A stretch of 64,000 nucleotides of DNA from Cyanobacteria bacterium auto_48_18. GTDB taxonomy: Bacteria > Cyanobacteriota > Vampirovibrionia > Obscuribacterales > Obscuribacteraceae. The position numbers and the translations under genes are program-made. This document shows positions 57,739 through 64,000 of the stretch, piece by piece. How positions within the stretch are numbered: the first letter of the stretch is position 1; every line of letters starts with the position of its first letter. The notes beneath the pieces were generated by a model. It had not been told where the DNA came from, did no database searches, and saw only the letters and a program-made list of their open reading frames with translations. Location: the NCBI GenBank assembly GCA_036170915.1, contig JAVHQC010000034.1, forward strand, positions 49,492 through 113,491, given 5' to 3'.

Positions 57739-58455
57739 ATGAGCGCAAGTAGTTACAAATACGGACACGGCATTAATTGGAAGCTTGTCTCCATAGCAGC
57801 GCTCGCCGGCTGTAGCATTTATGCAGTATTTGGCGTTAATGCAGCAGCTGCTGCTGATGCAAGTTCTGCTCCCCTTGCTCTGGCTGCCGCAGATTCAGTA
57901 GCACCTGACCCGGTTAAAACTTGCGAAGCTTACCTTTCCACTCTACCTGTACCACCAAAGAAAAAAGGCCATCACCCGGTGCGCTTTTTAGCCAAAGCCC
58001 TCGGCTCAGAATTAGCATATGATGCGCACGCCATGCTGGTTGATAGTGCTTTTGTTTTTTCAGCTAAAGACAATTTTGACCCCTACGACAAAAAAGCGCC
58101 CACAGACAAACCCTATACTTTGCTGGAAATGCAAATGGTCGATGGCAGCCAGGCATCGCTCACAAAGTTTCCAGACAATAGTGGAAAAATTGTTGGTGGT
58201 TTTGCAGACGGCACAATCATTGCACCGTCTGGTCCAAACAACTTTATCGTCGCTTATCCCAACGGTGTGCGCGGCAAGCTGGTGAAAGTCTCCGGCAATG
58301 AGTTCGACATTTATCGTCCTGATAAAACTGTGACTCGAATCACAAAAAATGCTGGTGGCGATTTTGAGATCAAGAACAGCAAGTTAGGCTATATGGGCAC
58401 AGCGCGTACCGATACACTCGGCATGCAATTTGAAATGCACAGCAAAGACTTCTAA
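57739..58455 (+). CDS. Secreted hypothetical protein, beta-rich C-terminus
   Basis: GGAGG SD; signal peptide with Ala run. Confidence 0.75.
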   Translation: MSASSYKYGHGINWKLVSIAALAGCSIYAVFGVNAAAAADASSAPLALAAADSVAPDPVKTCEAYLSTLPVPPKKKGHHPVRFLAKALGSELAYDAHAMLVDSAFVFSAKDNFDPYDKKAPTDKPYTLLEMQMVDGSQASLTKFPDNSGKIVGGFADGTIIAPSGPNNFIVAYPNGVRGKLVKVSGNEFDIYRPDKTVTRITKNAGGDFEIKNSKLGYMGTARTDTLGMQFEMHSKDF

Positions 58456-58457
58456 AT

Positions 58458-60239
58458 TTACGCCCGTTTTTTGTGTTTGGTTTTTTTCAGTTTGTGCAAC
58501 AAGAGTTCTATTGCTGTGCCGTTTTTGATGCTGCCGGTGCTATAACCCATACTATGCAACGCTTCAAATATGCGGTCTGCTTCGATATTGAGTTTACGGG
58601 CTAGTCTTTCAATGCGATGCTGATAGAACAAAGTATCCAGAGGAAGATTGCGAAAGTTTTCCAGGTCTGAAATATTGCTTTTGTAGACAGTATTGCTGGC
58701 CGGATAGATGGACGTGGTCAAGTTAACGTTGAGGCCGATGTGCCTGGCACCATATTCGATGATGCCGTCTTGATCGACAATTATGGCAATCTCGATATTT
58801 TGACTGTCGTTGCTGGCCGGTGGACAGTTGTTGACTAGCACATCTCCCTGGTGGGCATTGTCAGCGGCTTTGTTGCTGTTGCCTTGAAAAATAGCAGCAC
58901 ACGCTGTGGCGTTTTCGGCCTGCACTTGATGATATGCCCGCACCGGCAGTGGTGTGTTTCTCGCGACCACTGTGGCGCAACTGCCATCGGTGCGTTCTGC
59001 TAGAACAGGCACAGAAATTGTGTCCCAGACAATCATGTCTCGTCGATTTTCAAGAATCAAATTGGCTTGAAAAGCGGCTCCTGTGGCGGCTGCATGACTG
59101 AAACCACTTGTTTTTACTTGGGGTGCTGCTGAAACGATAGAGGTGACAGATTTATGAATCAACGGCAGCTCGAGCATGCCTCCATCAAAAATAATTCTGT
59201 CCACACCATCTGCTGTCCATCTAGCTTCTGCCAGAACGTGTGTAAGATGCTGCTGAAATTTGTGCGTCAGACTTGAAACTATTTCGGCGTACGCTTCTCT
59301 TGTGATGCTGGTTATGAGATTGTAATTTCCCATGCCGATCAAATTTAAAATGCCTGCGTCTTCAAGTGCTAAATTAGTGATTCTTATATGGGCGACTTCC
59401 GCCACTGATAAGTCTTTCTTGGCTTGTTCTGCGGCGGCTCTCAATCTTTCTACGGTGGCAGCGTCCAGTCTTACTTTTAAATTGTTGGCTCTGCTGCATT
59501 CGTCAATCAAATGTCGCACAAGCAACCGATCAAAATCATCACCACCTACTTCTTCACCGCTGCAAGATTTTACTTCGATAATGCCCTTGCTAAATTCGAT
59601 TGCGGTGATGCCGAAGGCGCCACCACCCATAGTGACAACAAGATAACGACCGTCATCTCGAGTATCCTCACCAAAATAGCAAAGTGCCGCAGCTGTAGGC
59701 TCGTTGATTAGCCTCAAAACTTCCAGGCCTTCGGCCTCCGCTATTTCTTTCACCAGTCTGCGTTGATTGCTTGTGAAAGACACAGGCACGGTGATCACTG
59801 CTTTACTGACAGGCTTCGCCAGTTGCTTGTTGCATCTTAGCTTCACCCAATACATTAGCGTGGCGTAAACTTGCTGGGCGGTGAAGTGTCCGTTGGCTTG
59901 ATTGAAAATCCAGTCTGTGCCCAGTTTAGTTCGCACTGAGTGAATCAGGTCGTCTGATTTCTCGCTATCTGTATGCCCTACTGATAATTTGCCATTGCTC
60001 AACACTTGTACTGACGAAGAAATCAGGCCAGTAGCGTCAACCAGTTGATCTTCCTGCACGCAAACGCAGCGAATGTTTCTCGTGCCCACGTCAATGCCGA
60101 CCACAACATGGTCAGACTTGCCCGTGGCCACATAAAACTTTGGCAGTGCGCCAGAACCGTCGCCACCCAATTGAGGAGTCGACTGCACCGGATGTGCGAA
60201 AACCGCGGCTTTTTTCTCCAGCAATACAAGTACAGTCAA
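58458..60239 (-). CDS. Hsp70/DnaK-like protein with degenerate ATPase motif
   Basis: GIDVGTRN, AVITVP..F...QR, INEPTAAAL, GGDDFD, AAEQAKKDLS, RNTPLP. Confidence 0.88.
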   Translation of the reverse strand: MTVLVLLEKKAAVFAHPVQSTPQLGGDGSGALPKFYVATGKSDHVVVGIDVGTRNIRCVCVQEDQLVDATGLISSSVQVLSNGKLSVGHTDSEKSDDLIHSVRTKLGTDWIFNQANGHFTAQQVYATLMYWVKLRCNKQLAKPVSKAVITVPVSFTSNQRRLVKEIAEAEGLEVLRLINEPTAAALCYFGEDTRDDGRYLVVTMGGGAFGITAIEFSKGIIEVKSCSGEEVGGDDFDRLLVRHLIDECSRANNLKVRLDAATVERLRAAAEQAKKDLSVAEVAHIRITNLALEDAGILNLIGMGNYNLITSITREAYAEIVSSLTHKFQQHLTHVLAEARWTADGVDRIIFDGGMLELPLIHKSVTSIVSAAPQVKTSGFSHAAATGAAFQANLILENRRDMIVWDTISVPVLAERTDGSCATVVARNTPLPVRAYHQVQAENATACAAIFQGNSNKAADNAHQGDVLVNNCPPASNDSQNIEIAIIVDQDGIIEYGARHIGLNVNLTTSIYPASNTVYKSNISDLENFRNLPLDTLFYQHRIERLARKLNIEADRIFEALHSMGYSTGSIKNGTAIELLLHKLKKTKHKKRA

Positions 60240-60322
60240 TTGCAGCTCACACTCATGCCCAATAACAATTAACCAGAGGTGCCTGTATTTGTTATGCCCT
60301 TAGTGTGAATCTTCGGTGCTCT

Positions 60323-60967
60323 CTACGTATATTTATTTTGACGCTCGCAAATTAAGGCCCGTAGCATATTTTTCACTCGTGAAAATTCCAGCGGACGAAT
60401 TTTATTTCCGCCCAGAACCTGCTGCCAGGCCATTAATGAAACAAAGGAGCCGGCGCAAATGTGCGCCATTGCTGCGCTGTCTTCTATGCGCAGCTCAGGA
60501 TGATGGTCGAAATATTGAATAGCCAGGTCCATGCCCCGAATAATTACTGTTTTTACGTAAATTGTGGCCAGCTCAGGGAAGCGCTCAGATTCGCCTACCA
60601 TCAAACGGAAAAGGCGGTGATATTGTGGGTCATTCATCAAGACCGAAAATTTGCTGCTGATCAAATCGATAAACTGATCTGGGCTAAGGGCCATGATGGG
60701 CTCAAGATCTTCATAGTTTAAATCGATTTTCTTGACGGTCAATTCTTCGATAATAGCGATAAAGAGCTGTTCTTTGTCTTTGAAATGACTGTAAATGGTA
60801 GCTTTGATCACCCCTGCTTCTTGAGCTACACGATTCATGCTGGTGGCCTTATAGCCATTTTCCAGAAACACTTTAATGGCAGCCTGCACAATCTGGTCGC
60901 GTTTGCTGCGCGAGTGCACTTTTTTCAGGTTTTCCATATTAGTGGTGACTGGAGGTTCGACGGTCAA
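60323..60967 (-). CDS. TetR/AcrR family transcriptional regulator
   Basis: IVQAAIKVFLENGYKATSMNRVAQEAGVIKATIYSHFKDKEQLF; ESERFPEL. Confidence 0.93.
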   Translation of the reverse strand: MTVEPPVTTNMENLKKVHSRSKRDQIVQAAIKVFLENGYKATSMNRVAQEAGVIKATIYSHFKDKEQLFIAIIEELTVKKIDLNYEDLEPIMALSPDQFIDLISSKFSVLMNDPQYHRLFRLMVGESERFPELATIYVKTVIIRGMDLAIQYFDHHPELRIEDSAAMAHICAGSFVSLMAWQQVLGGNKIRPLEFSRVKNMLRALICERQNKYT

Positions 60968-61051
60968 CTACGATTCCTTTTTAGGGGCGGATGGGCGCGG
61001 CAATTTTTACGATTACATTGATTATCTTAACTGAAAAATCCATTTTACCAT

Positions 61052-61069
61052 CCATACCGGTTGGTATGG
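61052..61069. promoter_or_regulatory. Candidate TetR operator
   Basis: CCATACC-ggtt-GGTATGG in the divergent tetR/hlyD intergenic region. Confidence 0.65.
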
Positions 61070-61141
61070 TACCATTGTGTAGATAGTTCGGTACGACCGT
61101 TTTGGTCAGACAAGTTTGGAAGGACACGCAGCAAAAGAGAA

Positions 61142-62461
61142 ATGACCATGCAAACTGCCGATTCGCAACCCGATTCTCAAGTGTCGCCGCCTGGCGTATC
61201 CTCCCAAGGTGCATCAGCTCAGCCTCTGCCTGCGGCCACGGCGCCCAAGCCGGCCAGGCACTTTCCGGTTAAACCCCTGGTTATTTTGCTGGTTGCAGGC
61301 ATCTTGGCTACTGCCGGCTTCTACGGCTACAAGCATTTCTTCAAAGCGCCTGTAGACGACGGCAGCATCAAGGTGAGCGGACGCATTGAGGGCTACGAAA
61401 CCAATGTGGGCGCAAAAATTGGCGGGCGGGTCGATTTTGTCGGTTTTCGCGAAGGCGATCTGGTAAAAGCCGGTGAACTCTTAATAAAGCTCAGTGACGA
61501 TGATGTGCAGGCTCAATTGCGTGGTGCTCAGGCTAAAAAGCAGAAAGCTGCCGCTCTGGCCGAGCAAGCAAATTATCAAATCAGCGTGGTGGACAATCAA
61601 ATCGAAGAGGCGAAATTGCGAGTGACGCAATCGTCTGAAGATATGCGCGCTCAAATTGATCAAGCTGACGCCAATGTTTCTGCTGCTGAAGCCAAACTCG
61701 GCGAGGCCGAAGCTCAACTGACGCAGGCCCAATCAGATTTGCAACTGGCACGTGTGCGAAAACAACGTTATGGTTTTCTCGCCTCAAAGGGGGCTGTGAC
61801 TCTTGATGAAAATGATCAAGCTGCGACTAACGCGGCCACGGCTGAGGCAGTTGTAATCGCCAGAGTTAGTTCTGTGGAGGCGGCGCGCAAACAGCTCAAA
61901 GTTTCGAAAGGGGCTCTGGCTCAAGCTCAAAGTACAAGGCTTAACCCCAGTATGCGTAAAGCGCAAGTTGGTGCTCTTGAAAATCAACTGACTCAAGCGC
62001 GCTATCAAATTAAGTCTGCTAAGCAAGAAGAAAGTAGTGCTCAGGCTGATCAAGAGCAGATTTCGGCCAACATTGCTTATCTCAATGTTAAAAGTCCAAT
62101 TACCGGCGTGGTCACGGCCAGGGTTGTAGAACCAGGGGCGGTGGCAGTGCCCGGGCAAACTTTGATATCGCTTATAGATTTGAACACTGTTTATTTGCGT
62201 GGTTATGTGCCGGAAGGCAAAATCGGCCGAGTGCGCATTGGTCAAAAGGCGAAGGTGTTTTTAGATTCTTCACCAGACAAACCATTTGAAGGCAAGGTGA
62301 TACAGATAGATCCAGAAGGCTCCTTTACTCCTGAGAATATTTATTTTAAAGATGATCGTGTTAAACAAGTGTTTGGTATCAAAATTGCCATCACTCAACC
62401 AGATCGTTTTGCCAAGCCGGGCATGCCGGCTGATGCCGAGATACTTACAGACGCGCCTTAA
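61142..62461 (+). CDS. HlyD family secretion/adaptor protein (YbhG-like)
   Basis: TM, VSGRIEG, long helical hairpin, SPITGVV, FTPENIYFKDDRVKQVF, KPGMPAD. Confidence 0.9.
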   Translation: MTMQTADSQPDSQVSPPGVSSQGASAQPLPAATAPKPARHFPVKPLVILLVAGILATAGFYGYKHFFKAPVDDGSIKVSGRIEGYETNVGAKIGGRVDFVGFREGDLVKAGELLIKLSDDDVQAQLRGAQAKKQKAAALAEQANYQISVVDNQIEEAKLRVTQSSEDMRAQIDQADANVSAAEAKLGEAEAQLTQAQSDLQLARVRKQRYGFLASKGAVTLDENDQAATNAATAEAVVIARVSSVEAARKQLKVSKGALAQAQSTRLNPSMRKAQVGALENQLTQARYQIKSAKQEESSAQADQEQISANIAYLNVKSPITGVVTARVVEPGAVAVPGQTLISLIDLNTVYLRGYVPEGKIGRVRIGQKAKVFLDSSPDKPFEGKVIQIDPEGSFTPENIYFKDDRVKQVFGIKIAITQPDRFAKPGMPADAEILTDAP

Positions 62462-62463
62462 TT

Positions 62464-64000
62464 ATGATGACCCTCACAAAAAGCAGCGTCAGTGCCACAG
62501 ATCCGGTAGTCAAAGTTCAGGGTCTGAAAAAGTCTTATGGTGCCCTTGAAGCAGTCAAAGGTCTTGATTTTGAAATTTTTGAAGGCGAAATTTTTGGTTT
62601 AATTGGCCCTGATGGTGCCGGTAAAACCACTACCTTTCATGTGCTCAGTGGTGTAATGGAGCAATCTGGTGGCTCGGCCCTGGTGCACGGTGCCAAGCCC
62701 CGCGATGTGCGTCTTGAAATTGGTTATCTAACCCAGCAGTTTTCTCTTTATTTAGATTTGAGCATCGCCGAAAATTTGCGCTATGTTGCCGGCTTAAGAG
62801 AAGTCGATAAAGATGTATTTGCCGAACGCAGCGCTAGATATTTGAAACTTATGAATATTGAGCGGTTCTCTGACCGCCTGGCTGGTCAGCTTTCTGGTGG
62901 TATGAAACAAAAGCTGGCCCTTTGTTGTGCACTGATTGCCAGACCAAAATTATTGCTTTTAGATGAGCCTACTACTGGTGTTGATCCGGTATCCCGGCGT
63001 GAGTTCTGGGATTTGCTGGCGACAGTCACCACTGAAGGTGTCACCGTGGCTGTAGCTACTCCTTATCTGGACGAAGCAGAGCGCTGCAATCGCCTTATTC
63101 TGATGCACGAAGGTGTTGTGGAAGAAATGGGCAGCCCTGCTGAACTCAAGAACAATCTTGGCCTCGCTCGACTGGAAGTGCGTGCCTCGGCAATAGATGG
63201 TTTAGAGAAAAGATTGCACCTGATTGAAAAAAATGATCCTTCGATTTTTGCCGACGTGCAGACTTTTGGCGACCGGCTTGATGTGTTGGTCAAAGATACG
63301 GCAATTGCGTCGGCGTCAGTGCAGAAAGCAGCGGCTGATGAGCATGTAGATAATCTCAAGATTATCATTCAAGAGCCTACTTTAGAAAATGTTTTTGTCA
63401 CTAAACTACGAGCTAAAACTAGTGCCGGTGCTGCTCTTGTTGACAGGCCTTTCCCTTTTGTCGCGAGCAGTACGACTGCTGACTATTCTAGTGGAGTGAA
63501 GCAGTCGGCCATATTCGCTCAGGGAGTGAAAAAAGTTTATGGTTCTTTTCACGCTGTCAAAGACGTCAATTTGAACGTGGCCTATGGAGACATTTATGGT
63601 CTGCTTGGTGCTAATGGTGCCGGCAAAACCACCACCATCAAAATTTTGTGCGGTTTAATTAAACCCAGTGCCGGCCACATGGAGCTGTGCGGGCAAAAAT
63701 CTAATTTGCGATCAGAAAGTCTGCGCCAGAAAATCGGCTACATGAGCCAGAAGTTTACTTTGTATGACGACCTTACTATTCGTGAAAATCTAGAATTTTA
63801 TTGTGGTGTCTATTGTGTACCTGACGCCCTCAAGCTAGAGCGCATTGCCTGGGTATTAAACAGTTCAGATCTGGCCGGACAAGAGCGTATGCTCACAGCC
63901 AAATTGCCAGGCGGTTGGAAGCAGAGATTGTCTTTTGGCGCAGCTGTATTGCACCAGCCGCAAGTATTGTTTTTAGACGAGCCCACTTCGGGTGTAGATC
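62464..64000 (+). CDS. ABC exporter ATP-binding protein with two ATPase domains (YbhF-like); truncated at the window end
   Basis: GPDGAGKTT, LSGGMKQ, LDEPTTGVDP; second domain GANGAGKTT, LPGGWKQ, LDEPTSGVD. Confidence 0.92.
   Translation, partial: MMTLTKSSVSATDPVVKVQGLKKSYGALEAVKGLDFEIFEGEIFGLIGPDGAGKTTTFHVLSGVMEQSGGSALVHGAKPRDVRLEIGYLTQQFSLYLDLSIAENLRYVAGLREVDKDVFAERSARYLKLMNIERFSDRLAGQLSGGMKQKLALCCALIARPKLLLLDEPTTGVDPVSRREFWDLLATVTTEGVTVAVATPYLDEAERCNRLILMHEGVVEEMGSPAELKNNLGLARLEVRASAIDGLEKRLHLIEKNDPSIFADVQTFGDRLDVLVKDTAIASASVQKAAADEHVDNLKIIIQEPTLENVFVTKLRAKTSAGAALVDRPFPFVASSTTADYSSGVKQSAIFAQGVKKVYGSFHAVKDVNLNVAYGDIYGLLGANGAGKTTTIKILCGLIKPSAGHMELCGQKSNLRSESLRQKIGYMSQKFTLYDDLTIRENLEFYCGVYCVPDALKLERIAWVLNSSDLAGQERMLTAKLPGGWKQRLSFGAAVLHQPQVLFLDEPTSGVD

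Noticed and set aside
58458..60239. Calling this gene dnaK
   Set aside because: Too divergent in the ATPase motifs and lacks the dnaK genomic context.

Overview
A gene-dense bacterial chromosomal segment with about 50 CDS and one tRNA-Arg(UCU). I saw no integrase, transposase, prophage, CRISPR array or rRNA. The gene content (several Hanks-type kinases including an LRR-bearing one, DUF4388/DUF4384 proteins, many TPR proteins, frequent TTG/GTG starts, diderm exporters) suggests a non-photosynthetic cyanobacterial relative (Vampirovibrionia/Melainabacteria, Obscuribacterales-like); this is inference only. Recognisable genes are ychF, a two-CzcA RND operon, a TetR-HlyD-ABC exporter, two OmpR-type two-component systems, a hybrid histidine kinase, GDPD, PfpI, an M48 protease and an aminoacyl-PG synthase. 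The most striking theme is signalling proteins built on degenerate enzyme folds: (1) a membrane protein whose trypsin-like domain has lost its catalytic Asp and Ser and is split by an inserted DUF4388 domain, paired with a secreted DUF4384 protein; (2) two coupled inverted-topology kinases with an HRDFTPDN loop upstream of an aminoacyl-PG synthase; (3) a DUF4388-degenerate GGDEF protein with an intact I-site; (4) a DnaK paralogue with a degenerate ATPase motif; (5) a kinase with tandem Cys repeats and an extracytoplasmic LRR region. All family calls come from reading motifs by eye; no database search was run.
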